Assembly (NCBI GenBank): GCA_011109175.1
Contig: RDEW01000001.1
Location: 806,592 to 870,591, forward strand
Direction of reading: 5' to 3'
DNA: 64,000 nucleotides
Source: Dicyema japonicum
Taxonomy: Eukaryota > Animalia > Dicyemida
Position numbers and translations under genes: made by a program. Below, piece by piece: positions 39,713-53,100 of this stretch; within the stretch, counting starts at the first letter, position 1; each line of letters starts with the position of its first letter. The notes beneath the pieces were generated by a model that did not search any database, was not told the DNA's origin, and was given only the letters and a program-made list of their open reading frames with translations.

Positions 39713-40883
39713 ATGTTGTTGTTAATATTTTTGTTTTCAATCACGAATTTCGGCTTTGAAAATCGAATGTCAGTATATGTAAAAAGTTTATTAAAAAGTA
39801 CACTAACAAATGTATTTTATAAATAATAATGGTAGACAAACAATTATTCAATTGAAACTATTTCTGACGACTTTTATGATGAAATGCCAATTACAATCAA
39901 ATCAAATAACTTGATCTACCAATTTTTTATTGAATTCTCAGACAAATTTTACAGCATCTCAATAAAATTAGAATTAAATTCTAGTATTTAATAGTTAACA
40001 CTCAAAGATAATAAAACCTACACAAATACAACAAATCTTCCAAATATTAAACATGGAGATTATTACAGATGCGGATATATGTCCGTAAGTTTTGAGAATG
40101 GTAATACTCTGACATTATATTCTTTGGTGTTAAAATACTACACTAAACTATCATATCCATATTTCATTGGAAAAGGTTTGACATAATTTAATTTAGCACA
40201 TGACTGTGATCCATCTAACGATCCAAATGTTCAATATTGGTATTTTATTGAGAAAATCGACTGAAAGGAATATTAAGTGGAAATTTTAGAATCACACGTT
40301 TTTATAATCACAATGTTGAAATAGTAAATTGTATATTTTAATATTAGATTGATGATTTGTCATTAATTTACGAGAATCTGGATTCGAAGATTAATTTTGA
40401 TAACAATAGTGTTGAGTTATCTCTTAAGGGGCATAATTTAGAGATACTTTTTACATTTATTTTGTCTCAAAACAAATATTATATCTCCAATATTCAGATA
40501 GTCATCAATAAAATCTATAACGGGTCTTGGAGTCCTAATAAAAGCAAATTGATTGATGTTGGAAATTCTTGTAACTTCAAATTGTCTCTCACTAAATTTT
40601 CTGATGACATATATGCTGAGTTTTCATCATTTAAGGCACAAATTCTTCAAAGTGAGTTTAATTCCCATTATACTGGAAAAGGTTTGATTTTTTCTGAATT
40701 TTAGAATCGGAGTGTTTTGGAAAAGTAACTCCTGGAAAAAATACAAATTCTAATCATTCAAAAAATTTTACAATTATAGGAATTATTCTATCTGTTCTAA
40801 CACTTACAATAATTGGAGTCATCACATTTGTCATAAAATGCCGAAATATAATAAGACCAATGGAATATATTCCTATTTTTTAA
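39713..40883 (+). pseudogene. Two-domain LAMP-like membrane protein, copy 2 (single frameshift near 40250)
   Basis: ATG at 39713. Introns 39812-39835, 39984-40007, 40176-40196, 40324-40347, 40682-40704 (21-24 nt). Signal peptide, two Cys-pair domains, TM, tail EYIPIF*. Confidence 0.75.
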
Positions 40884-42987
40884 ATGCAATTAATTTTCTC
40901 GTTGTTTTTTTTATTTTAAAATTTCCAAGCACGTTTATAATAATTTCGTAATTATTTTCTTTCAAGTATCTCTTTTCTTGTTTTGTCTCTTAAGTAGTCA
41001 TGGTCTTTTGCATTTTCAACTTTTTTTCTGACATCGTGATTATGGAATGCGCCCAGACAGGATCATAGTATTTTATTCTCTCTTGAAAAGTCTGATTCGC
41101 AATGTGGCATCGGCATACATATATTTAGAGTTAGAGAACTTAAATAATCTATTACAAAAGCGTCTAACCAGATTTTATTAGCAGACTGTTGTCGCCGAGA
41201 CGAGTGAAGTCATGGGGCCTCAAAATTTTTTTTAAGATTGCTTATGTCAATAAGATCGATATTGAGCAACCTTCTATATAAATTGTAACAATCGATTTTC
41301 CGTATAATGACCTTGAATTGGAAGACCTTGATATCGGTCCCTGATTTTTAAAGGAAAAACGAAATTTCTAATTTTGTACAAAAACATGTTCGACGTAATA
41401 TATAACAAAAATGGGAGACCTTATAAATTTGGATTGGTTAAAGTCAATTTCTTGTACGGGTTAGGGTGAATTAGAATGGATTAGGATGTATTAGAGAACG
41501 ATTTAGGGTAATTAGAGCATCGGTTGTTTCTATACATTCATAAAGTCTATTTTATTGACAGAATACGATGTTCGAACTCTAATTAAATTGACTTTTAATT
41601 TTTATCCATAAATTCTTTTTTTATTTTTGATATTAATATATTATTACTTTAAATAAATCCTTAGTTAAAAGCAATTCAAATTTTATTATACATAATTCAA
41701 ATATGATTTAAAGATTTTAACTTCAGTCGAAATTATGCAATTAAACTCGCACATGGACTCGCGGACAAAGTTTATTATAGATACTTAGACTGTCTCTTCT
41801 CATCATCCTTACACGAGGGAACCGCCCAGGGATTCTAACCTGGCAAATACATGTCAATATCGAATTCTATTCTCCCTCTTTTCCGTAGTAATAGTCTCTT
41901 AAAAATCTCCTCCACGTGTGCTCGTAGCAGCAATGTTGTCGTAGTTTAATGACGATTTGGTCTCTGCCGTGGAAAGGTCAAGTACAGAAGAGTCGAACAT
42001 ATTACCAGAAAACTTGATTACTAGCCTCTACTCACAAGTGAGTCTATCTCCACGTTGGCTATTACAGAATCTAACCAGTCCTCAGTCTCAGTTTGCTCAA
42101 GGACGTGCCTGACACGTTGATCTCATCCAGAGAATGGTTCATTTCAGCCTATTCCTCACAGAAAACGTTCTTTTTTACAAGTTGGTGTTTAGCGGAGCTC
42201 ATCTGCTGCACTTACCAACCGCCTGGCTTGAAACTAACCAAGAGGCATACACTCTCAGTGTATTTTGAGTACATTTGGCCATCTTCTCATACTTTTCCTG
42301 TAGATCCCGCAATCTGGCCTGCCCGATCTGCATCTTCCTTAACTTTCAACCTCCATGCCTTCATTACAATGTCTTCGTTCATTTTGAGGACTGCCTTGAT
42401 GTCCCTCTCCATTTGATCTTCGCACTAATCTTACAATCGAACCAGACCTTCTTCAAATTATAGACATTAGCAGCTCTCTCCGCTTGGAGACTTGCTCGAG
42501 TGGAAAGCTCAGTTGTTCAGCTTACGATTAAAGGACAAGCGACCATTCTATTGGAGTCTACTGTAGACAGCCACTGTTCGTCCTCGTCTCGAACTTTTCT
42601 TCAAGGTGCTTGACGTTCGATTAACCAATAGAAAAAAATGGAACCATTTCAGTTGATTTGACTAAATCGCTGGCTTACTGGTTTTGTGGGAGGTAATTAG
42701 GCGAGAAACTTAACGTTTTGCCTTACTCTTGTTGGAGATGAGGTCAGTGACATACAATCTGCTTGCTAAAAATGACAATGATCTCAACACCGATCGATTC
42801 CATGTTCTCAGAGATCTCCATCCTGTTCTTTCCGTTGATGAGTGATCTGGAATTATTCGTAAAGTTAATTAAAATCCGTGGAATTTCCAAATGCATTGTT
42901 GTTTAAGGATGTGTGAAAGCTCAAATGGGTATAATCAGTTTTGAATACATGTTTTTAACTTACCTCATCAGGCCAATAATTCGAAAT

Positions 42988-43634
42988 TGGTATTTTATTG
43001 CGGAAAATAGACTGAAAGGATTATAAAGTGGGCATTATAGAATCGCAATTTCTCATAATCATGATGTTAAAATAGTAAATTGTATATTTTAATATTAGAT
43101 TAATGATTTCTTAGTTTTTTTTCGAAAATCTGAAGACGAAGATTAATTTTGATAACAATAGTGTTGAGTTATCTATTAAGGGGCGACATTTTGAATTACT
43201 TTTTAAATTTGTTTTGTCTCGAAACAAATTTATATTTCCAAAATTCAGAGATAGTCATCAACAAAATCTATAATGGTTCTTGGAGTCCCAATAAGAGCAA
43301 ATTGATTGATGTTGGAAATTCCTGTAACTTCAAATTGTGTCGCACTAAATTTTCTGATGGCATAAATGCTGAGTTTTCATCATTTAAGCCACAAATTCTT
43401 CGGAGTGATATTATATGCAATTATATCGGATAAGGTTTGATTTTTCGTGATTTTAGAGTCAAAGTGTTTTGAAGAAGTAACTCCTGGAAAATATACAAAT
43501 TATAATCATTCAAAATATTTTATAATTATATGAATTATGTTCTCTGTTTAACTCTAACAATCATCGGACTCATCACATTTGTTAAAAAATGCCGAAATAT
43601 AATAAGAACATTGGAATATATTCCTGTTCTTTAA
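42988..43634 (+). pseudogene. LAMP-like copy 3, 5'-truncated and more degraded
   Basis: Aligns to the second half of copies 1 and 2; stops and frameshifts; tail EYIPVL*. Confidence 0.7.
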
Positions 43635-44089
43635 CTGCAATTAATTTTCTCGTTGTTTTTTTTTTATTTTAAATTCTTCAAGCACGTTCATAATAATTTC
43701 GTAATTATTTTCTTTCAAGTAGGTCTTTTCTTGTTTTTTCTTAAGTAGTCAAAGTCTTCTGTATTTTCAACTTTTTTTCCTATATCGTGATGATTGGATA
43801 CGTCCAAACAGGATCATAGTTCTTCTATTCTCTCTTGAAAAATCTGATTCCTAATATGGCATCTGCATGCACCTATTTGCTGTTAGAGAACTTTAAATAA
43901 CCAAAAACAATAGCCTCTGACGAGATTTCATGAGCAGACCGTTGTCGCCGAAACGAGTGAAGTCATAGGGCCTCAAAAAATCTCATTTTAAGATAGCCTA
44001 TGTCAATGATATCGTTTGAGCAACTCTCTATATGAATTGTAACATTCGATTTTGTCGTGTAATGACCTAGAATTTAGCAGTGACGAGCG

Positions 44090-44380
44090 ATCTGATTCTG
44101 TCTAACAGAATCAATGACCTGCTTACTTTAAATTTGACGTTTCCACGACTTCTGGTCAAAAATGAACTGTTCATCGAGATATAGTATTTTCTCAGCTATA
44201 GGGTTTCAGCCTACTCCGAAGAAGATTCTGGTTAGTTGCTGTCACAAGTTTGGAATAATAGAGGCGTCTTTCCACACAGGTGGTTTCGCAATGATTTGTC
44301 AAAACATCTATTACAAATCCATCTGATAAAAAAGACAAATCCATCTATTTATTCCACCGCGAGACTCAATTATTAATATT
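44090..44380 (-). mobile_element. Old CRE RLE fragment
   Basis: AETL*LRKYYI followed by agttcatttttgaccagaagtcgtggaaac, the FxPVAVET motif of the RLE domain. Confidence 0.5.
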
Positions 44381-45763
44381 ACTACTTCAAGGATCACAGG
44401 GTCAAAGAAAAAAAATAAAAGGTTCTCATCTAACATAGTGATCCCAGACCGACAATGGAAGGACGAGTCCAGTGGTGTCGAGAATAGTGACCAACTCTTC
44501 TCAGTAGACTTGACATCAGCTCAATATTTGTTTTATAGAAGATATTTCGATTGTGTATGGTATAGAGTGCAGCTCGATAAATTGCCACCTTTAAGTAATT
44601 CAATTATGATATTTTCAATGGGCTGGATTTTGTGTTTTGGTCTAATTATCCTAATTGCGGATAGTTTCAATTAAGAGGATCGTTAAATCTTCATTGCTCA
44701 CAAAGGACTTGCATACGTCATCGTAGGTCGGATAAATTGAAAATAAATCGTTGCAAAAACACCAGTTTGTCACTAAGTGATTTTGTGAGCACTTTTAAAA
44801 TTCTCATTTTCTTCAGAGCAGAAGTTACTATGTTTTAAGGACATATAAAATGAGAGGAAGATATGATGTGGAGATTTTTATGCAATATCATCAGCTTTTC
44901 TGTTAACCGATAATCCATAGACCAATTGAAGACGTAGAATGAATTTATCCCAAAAGACAAGTAAAGCCAAACTCGTTGACTAGGTGATCCCAACACATAA
45001 CAGCAGAGCCCTTTACTAGACTCGCGGACAAATCCAAAAAAGATGACGGTTATCCAGAAAAATGAGAGCAGATTGACGGACAGTAAATCACTGAAAAGAT
45101 ACGTCTACCACCAAAAACTCTGGAAATTCTAATTTGTCTAAACGAAACAGAGTACCAGTTACATCATAAGAAGAATGAAAGTACGTGCTTACTCATATTT
45201 AGTCGTACATAAGTTGCACGGACATTATAATCATTAATCCGTTTACTTCTAGTTATAGTGTGCTCAGAGATCTTATAATAGCTCAGAGATCTGGGCCGTT
45301 GAATATTTGAGAGGTTCTGTAATTATGTTGTCAGAGCCAGCAGCTCTATTGTTGTTTAATTTGTTAAGGCTTTTTTTGCTTTTAGATTCGTTATCGGAAT
45401 ATTTAGAAGATCTCGGCCGGTGCATATTTGAGAGGTTCTGCAATTATGTTGTCAGAGCCAGCAGCTCTACTGTTGTTTAATTTGTCTAAGGCTTTTATTG
45501 CTTTTAGATTCGTTATCGGAATATTTAGATCTCTTGCTTCACCATTGAATTGTTTGATGTTTTCCCCGAGGTTTTTATTGAAGGGCAGCAGATAATGGCT
45601 TATTCTTAAAGACGGGTAACATTACAGTATTAATGAATTCATGAAAATAAATATAATTATAAATTTAAAATAAATATCATTTGTTTCAAATTATTAAAAA
45701 TAAATTCATTAATATAACAAGTGACCTAAATTATACACATCGACGTGTTCATTTTACATAATT

Positions 45764-46131
45764 ATGTTGTTGTTAATATTTTTGTCCTCAATCACGAATT
45801 TCGAATTTGAAAATCGAATATCAGTATATGTAAAAAGTTTATTGAAAAGTACACTTACAAATGTATTTTATAAATAATAATGGTAGACAAACAATTATTC
45901 AATTGAAACTATTTCTTACTACTTTTATGATGAAATGCCAATTACAATCGAAACAAAGTACTTGATCTACCAATTTTTTATTGAATTCTCAGACAAATTT
46001 TACAACATCTCAATAAAAATAGAATTAAATTCTAGTATTTAATAGTTAACACTCAAAGATAATAAAACCTACACAAATACAACAAATCTTCCAAATATTA
46101 AACATGGAGATTATTACAGATGCGGATATAT
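45764..46131 (+). CDS. LAMP-like copy 4, 5' part running into an assembly gap; status unknown
   Basis: ATG at 45764; exons 1-3 nearly identical to copies 1 and 2, with the upstream region conserved from 45630. Confidence 0.6.
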
Positions 46132-46956
46132 NNNNNNNNNNNNNNNNNNNNNNNNNNNNNNNNNNNNNNNNNNNNNNNNNNNNNNNNNNNNNNNNNNNNN
46201 NNNNNNNNNNNNNNNNNNNNNNNNNNNNNNNNNNNNNNNNNNNNNNNNNNNNNNNNNNNNNNNNNNNNNNNNNNNNNNNNNNNNNNNNNNNNNNNNNNNN
46301 NNNNNNNNNNNNNNNNNNNNNNNNNNNNNNNNNNNNNNNNNNNNNNNNNNNNNNNNNNNNNNNNNNNNNNNNNNNNNNNNNNNNNNNNNNNNNNNNNNNN
46401 NNNNNNNNNNNNNNNNNNNNNNNNNNNNNNNNNNNNNNNNNNNNNNNNNNNNNNNNNNNNNNNNNNNNNNNNNNNNNNNNNNNNNNNNNNNNNNNNNNNN
46501 NNNNNNNNNNNNNNNNNNNNNNNNNNNNNNNNNNNNNNNNNNNNNNNNNNNNNNNNNNNNNNNNNNNNNNNNNNNNNNNNNNNNNNNNNNNNNNNNNNNN
46601 NNNNNNNNNNNNNNNNNNNNNNNNNNNNNNNNNNNNNNNNNNNNNNNNNNNNNNNNNNNNNNNNNNNNNNNNNNNNNNNNNNNNNNNNNNNNNNNNNNNN
46701 NNNNNNNNNNNNNNNNNNNNNNNNNNNNNNNNNNNNNNNNNNNNNNNNNNNNNNNNNNNNNNNNNNNNNNNNNNNNNNNNNNNNNNNNNNNNNNNNNNNN
46801 NNNNNNNNNNNNNNNNNNNNNNNNNNNNNNNNNNNNNNNNNNNNNNNNNNNNNNNNNNNNNNNNNNNNNNNNNNNNNNNNNNNNNNNNNNNNNNNNNNNN
46901 NNNNNNNNNNNNNNNNNNNNNNNNNNNNNNNNNNNNNNNNNNNNNNNNNNNNNNNN

Positions 46957-47330
46957 TGTGGCATGTCGTTTATGTTGAGATTAAAAAAGGCACGCAGTAG
47001 TGGGTATCCTTGAGGGAGTTTATTTGGTATGAGACGGGATTTTGACATTATGTTATTGGAAATCACTTGTCCATATCTCCCACTTAATAAGTTGGCAATC
47101 CATAGTTTTATGTTTGGGTGGATGCATGTTTCGTAAATTTTCTCAGAAGGAGTTTTCTTGAGACTGTGTCGAAGCCTTTGTTATATCAACAGAGACCAAG
47201 TCTGTTCGTTGGTGTGGTTTAGTAAAATTGAATCTCTTTGCATGAACTGGCGCTTTAAAGGATGGTTCGAATAGTTGTTGGATGCAAGGGGTCAATAATT
47301 CGAAGAGGAGAGATGCTGTCTCGTTAAACC
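46957..47330 (-). mobile_element. Jockey/I-like RT fragment
   Basis: LVSVDITKAFDTV; KLPQGYPL..FFNLNINDMP. Confidence 0.75.
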
Positions 47331-48241
47331 AGACCCCATCAACCAGGACAAACTCGTTGGCTTCTCTCTTTTTAATCAGTTTTTAGTTAGAACGAGTTCG
47401 CTATGCTAATAAAATTATCTATCTATTTTCTATGAAAGTCTACATTTTGAAAGAATTCAATATTCGACGTCACTGTGACTAAACGTTCGCTACATTATGA
47501 TTGTTCATGTGGTTGAAGGATTATGTGACGTGACATTTTCAAGTCCTAGGAGGCACAAACTGATCAAGCTGTGCATTTAAAAATGATTTATCTCTCTACT
47601 CCACTAAAGAGGTTCCACAATGGCGGATAGATGAACCTGACGCATGAAATTCGCTTCACTCCTACCATGGGGACGAGATATACCTTAATTACACTTTAAT
47701 TAACACTAACTCAATTAGCTCATTTTAGGGGGTTTTGAGGTATCTGTTAACGATTATGTCTGTAGTGCCATTAATTTAATTTAACCAACTCTTCTTTCAA
47801 AAAGTCCACGAGAAACCATGACCGCGGAATAAATATTAAAAATACTTTAAATTGTCAGATTGAAGAAACAGCCAAGTGGACCAACGCCCATGATTGGGGA
47901 CTTTGATAAAACTTACAAAAGATTAAAGTTGGAAATTTTTAGAATTATCATTAAAGGTCACACTAATTGAACGATTGACAGGTGGCATCAAAAGATTTTC
48001 AGAACTCAAAGTCTTATCCGGTTTTTGAAAAACGTATTGTCCAGACAAATAGGCAAGTCATAAATGACCAACATATGTGCAAGCTCGTATCCCTAGATAT
48101 TAGGCAAGGTCTTATCCGGTTTTTGAAAAACGTATTGTCCAGACAAATAGGCAAGTCATAAATGACCAACATATGTGCAAGTTCGTATCCCTATATATTA
48201 GGCAAGTGGTGTAAATCCAAAAAATCCGCATCCTTCTAGGC

Positions 48242-48275
48242 CAGGGGTCTCAAACACGTGGATCACATGCGGCCC
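48242..48275 (+). mobile_element. hAT (Charlie-type) terminal inverted repeat
   Basis: CAGGGGTCTCAAAC...CACATGCGGCCC preceded by ttcTAggc. Confidence 0.6.
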
Positions 48276-48419
48276 AAAAATAATCTAAAAAATAATATAA
48301 ATTTTGTTATTTATTTTGAATTAAAATAATTTTGACAGTTTTTAATTTATTTTTTTTGTTTTTCTGAAAATTAAACTTCAGCATGACTTGAAAGTCACCA
48401 CAACCACCTGACCAAAAGC

Positions 48420-48830
48420 CTTCTGGTTGAACGTCATCGGATCTGAAGGTCGTGGGTTCGAATCCGAAAGATGGAGTTTTCAGCAAAGGTCAATTCTTGT
48501 CAAATAGATCCTACCCGTGAGACAACGAGTCCTTCTGGCACGACACAGTAGTTAAAAAGGATCATCCTATTTTTCTACCTGACCAAATCCTCTGATGAAG
48601 AGTACATTATTTAACTATTCCGTTAAAAATGAAGTGATGACCGCGAAGATAGGACGTGGGACAAAAATGGAAGACACAGTAGTTAAAAAGAATCATCCTA
48701 TTTTTCTACCTGACCAAATCCTCTGATGAAGAGTACATTATTTAACTATTCCGTTAAAAATGAAGTGATGACCGCGAAGATAGGACGTGGGACAAAAATG
48801 GAAGAGGGTGAACATACTTCTCCACCTCTC
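48420..48830 (+). mobile_element. Possible second tRNA-derived SINE
   Basis: tRNA T-arm-like GGTCGTGGGTTCGAATCC at 48448-48465 without a complete cloverleaf; single copy in the window; 3' end uncertain. Confidence 0.4.
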
Positions 48831-49536
48831 TTCGGAAGCCTGTAGTGAAGTATTGGAAGATGGATTTGTCGGCACAAGCAGATGTTCTCCTTTTGGTTCT
48901 TTCCTTGGATTACTTAGTTATGACTAGGGCAATTTTTTTTAATTTCGAAAAATGGCATCTAAAAATTATCATAAAATCTATAAATTATAAAACATAATGA
49001 AGTAATTTTTAACATTATTTTTATTAAAATTTCTCTTTTTTAAGAGTTTCAATCTCTCACTCAAAAGTGTGCCAAGTTGTAGTACTCAACCAAAGTCCTT
49101 AATGGGGCTCGGATCTCTTCGAAGCAAGCCTCTTCCAAACTGGAGAGAAATTCTTCCGTTTTCTCTTTTATTATTAAAACAAAAAATGTCTACTATCTGA
49201 TATAGCTCATAATCATATATATTATCACATAGACCCTGTAAATAGCTGTTTGAGAATCGAGCCAATCTCGACTTGAGCGACATCACTAACCACTATTCTA
49301 CGATTAACAAACATGGAATAGATCATCCTTTAATTACTAAAATTTCTGAGCGAAAAGTTAATATTATCAGATTTAATAACAATAATATTATTATTATTTA
49401 ATAATAATAATTATATAATGGTGGTCACGAAAGGTATGTCAATCATGCAGTCCTCACTGCGCTTACATAACAAACGCAAAAATTTAATACGGCTTATCAC
49501 AATATGAAAATTTCAACTTATTTGAATAGTCAATGA

Positions 49537-50188
49537 ATGAACTCTCGCCCTTCGCTCTACGTCAAAATACCATACGTGCAACTGCTACAAAAAGGCGCCA
49601 CTGGACCTCCGGTTGCCAAGGACATCCCGAAATTTGAACGGACGTTTCTTGAAAAAAGGCCACCACCACGGAAATACAAGACTATATATTTGGACGACTT
49701 GCTGCCGCCCCTTGGTCTCCCCCACGGACTAGAGCAGATAATTAATGCTTCGAGTCCGAATATTCCGCCGATTGTCTACCAACCAAGCCATCCAGAGTTG
49801 GCTCCTTCCAACAACCTGCTGCAGAACTATTTCATTCTTCCCTGCCAGCCAATATCTACTGTCATGACGACCGCAGAAACCAATATGCCAAATAAATCTT
49901 CAAAAACGGTTCGTCGAAAGCGCTGTGGTCATTGTGGACCTTGCAAGATTCGCAAAAATTGTAACCAGTGCAAAAATTGCATAAAACGGAAAGTACTGAA
50001 GCAGTCATGCATCTACAGAAAGTGCGTATATCTGCGCGACGGGGGGGTATATATACTTATTATCGCAGAATTTTGGCGCTTTATATGAAGCGGGAATTTT
50101 CTCCAAAGTTGACCCTTCTCAAGAGATTTCTATTCTTAATTATGACTTGCCAACGTTGATCCCCAAGGATGTTGTCGACGAAGAATGA
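49537..50188 (+). CDS. Stand-alone CXXC zinc-finger protein (CXXC4/5/TET-type, no KFGG), ~209 aa; exons 49537-50046 and 50069-50188
   Basis: RRKRCGHCGPCKIRKNCNQCKNCIKRKVLKQSCIYRKC with all 8 Cys; uninterrupted ORF. A predicted 22-nt GT-AG intron (50047-50068) gives the C-terminus NFGALY...DVVDEE*. Confidence 0.85.
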
Positions 50189-50199
50189 CAGTTTCACTG

Positions 50200-53100
50200 A
50201 TAAAAGTAGGACTAATTTTGATATATTGCCGATTTTTGCATTCTTAATATTATGTTAGACAGTCCACTGAGCACATTTAATGTAGTCTTCTCTCCATATA
50301 AGTAATTCTTGACTTCTCCACTGATTTAAGTTCCACTTTCATATCTTTATTGATGCGGTTAACTGATAGCCTTCCATAGAGATTGAGAACAAATTGGTTG
50401 TCAATACTCGAAAAAGTTCCGATATAGGCTTTCCCAGCAGTAGGGAATTGTTTGAATCCCTGATATTGAAGGTTTCACTGGTTTGTCCGAAAAATCTTGG
50501 CCTCGAAGGCCCCTCAAGTAGAAGGGGACCAAGTAATGTAACTTTTTGCAAGCAATTATTAGGTTAAGGGTCACCAGTAGGTAGACTGTTGGGTTGAAAC
50601 TGATCACCTCTCCCTCTAAGAGGCTAGTCTTCAGCAGAGCTAGANTCCCAGCAGTAGGGAATTGTTTGAATCCCCAAAATTGAAGGTTTCACTGGTTTGT
50701 CAGCAAAATCTTGGCCTCGGAGGCCCCTTAAGTAGAAGTGGACCAAGTAATGAAACTTTTTGCAAGCAATTATTAGGTTAAGGGTCACCAGTAGATAGGC
50801 TGTTGGGTTAAAACTGATCACTTCGGCCAGTAAGAGTCGGGTCTTCAGCAGATCCTGACAAATAAGTCCCCTCTCTGTGAAGGTTGAATATGCTTCTTCG
50901 AATAAGCTCGTAGGACACATATATCTCCATGTTTTTTTCAGCATTAAGGCTGAAAATGACACGTAGAACAATTGGGAGACCACTTGGATAAGGAACCGAG
51001 ATTTTTTGACCACAACTGGACTTCTGAACAATAGGAACCTCCCATTCCGTCACATACTATTAAGCCAGGTTTCGCAGTCTCGTATCTTTTCCATTTCTGC
51101 TACCTCTTAGGCCTCTTCTAACGTGATGAACAAATCCCAGCCATTTTTGTACGATTTGTTCCCAATAAAGAGGGAATATCCGTCCATCTCCATGGAAACT
51201 AAGATGTTCAAGTCGCTCCAAGGTTTTCTCGAAAGGTTCCCTCCACGGAAAGAAGGTATCCGTGAAATTTGTGATATTGACATCACAATCGATCAGTTTG
51301 AGTTCATTCTTGAGAAGTTTCTTCGAGTGAGCTCGATATTTATCGAGAGAGTGATCGAGGTTTCCCCATAGACCTCCAGTGAACTCGATAGCTCGTTTCT
51401 GTGGATACTTTAAATAGAAATTTTAGTTCCTCCAAATAATCCGCTACATTTTAAAAAATAGTCAGAATTTTCAAAATTCCCCGCCAAATTTAAATTCAGG
51501 TTATTCCCATGCTTAATGGCTACACTAGAGCCAGTTTCGCATCTGGACAATTCAGGTTATTCTCATTTTAGGTGGCTCCCACTAGAGACAGTCTCGCATA
51601 TTGACAATTCAGGTAAAGGATTCTAAGTAAACTGTGGATTTGATCTGTTGAGTCTTTGAAGTCCTCAATATTGAATACAAACAGAATCAGAGCCTTAGAG
51701 GATTTGTACAACTGCAAAAATTCTACAAAGCCCTCCCGGAATTTCACATCGTACAGATAAAACGTATTTTGTTTGCCGAAAACAGTCTGAGACCCCACAA
51801 ACGTCGTGATAGTCTGTTGTATGGAGAAACTTTGAATTATGTTTGATGAGGTTGCAAACTAAGCTAGTTTTCCCACTCTTTGGAGGACCGATGACCAAAA
51901 CCTGTAGAATTACGAGATCTACCTTCCTCACACAGCCTTTGGTTGCCTTCTGGACGGAACTCTGTCTTAAATATTCAAAAAAACAAATGGACGAATTTGA
52001 ATTCAATAAGTTTTTTGGGACGTCTTTTAAGTGGTTTCCAATCAGCTAGAGAAAATATGAAGCTTCTCGGGATGGTGGAGATGCTGTTGTCAGACAATTC
52101 TAAGGTCTTCAACAAAGTTAGCGCAGATATTGTCTCCGGAATTAAAGAGAGAGTTTCCTCTAAGTAGTAAACGCCGAAGGTTTTTAAGGGATCCGATTTT
52201 GTGGGGTAAAACTTTCAGTTTATTGAAATTGAGGTCGAATTCTTCCAAAGTCTTAAAATTATTGATTAAATCCGTAAGCAGTTTTATCAAATTTCCCGCC
52301 AAAAAGAGCTTTCTAAAGGCTTTTGATTTGGTTTTCGCTGTTTGAGAAGACTTTAATTCTGATATAACTCATATCTAGGACCTACTCTTAAAACATCAAA
52401 CCATAAGATTTTCCAAGGATAGAAATTCTTTTTGGAAGTAATTGTGGTCCAAAATGAGCTTCATGAGTTCAAATTTCCGCAAGGTGCAAACAATGTTTAT
52501 AGAGATCCTGCTCAAACTGAGATCCTGGAGAGCCTCACTCACAAAAATTAACTAAGGAAAGTGCTCGGAGTCCTGACCCGATCGGATTTCCTCAACTGAG
52601 CCTCAACCCCACATAGTTTCCCCATGTCCATCTTAATATTTCTACGCTACAAGGAATGCTGAGATCCTGGAGAGCCTCACGCACAAAAATTAACTAAGGA
52701 AAGTGCTCTAAGTCCTGACCCGATCGGATTTCCTCAACTGAGCCTCAACCTTACATAGTTTCCCCATGTCCATTTTAATATTTCTAAGCTACAAGGTATA
52801 GATCTGTTGTATCTTTGGAAGACGCTTTAGGGTGTCTGGAAATGACGATATTTTGCAACCCCATAAGATTAGGTCCATGAGGTCCAAAAACTTACCAATA
52901 TCTAAAGGAAGGGAAGTGATCCCTGTGTGGGAGATATTAAAGCTGATAATTGACTCTAAATATCCGACTTCTGGTAGGATTTCCTATAGTGAGTGGTAAG
53001 TCTACCGAAAGCTTCGGGTTTTTCGAGAGGTCGAGGATTCTAAGAGTCTTTAATATCCACACTGTAGGGGGCACATGTGTTAGGCTNGATTTAGAGAATT

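Larger units (their letters stand above)
36505..41757 (+). repeat. Deletion-shortened duplicate of 16897-29858
   Basis: Colinear blocks: 16897-18768 = 36505-38490; 24893-26075 = 38496-39610; 27060-29253 = 39605-41706; 29811-29858 = 41708-41757. Confidence 0.9.

Noticed and set aside
35382-47066. Long ORFs in the track spanning X runs (also 11658-12029)
   Set aside because: Artefacts of N gaps.
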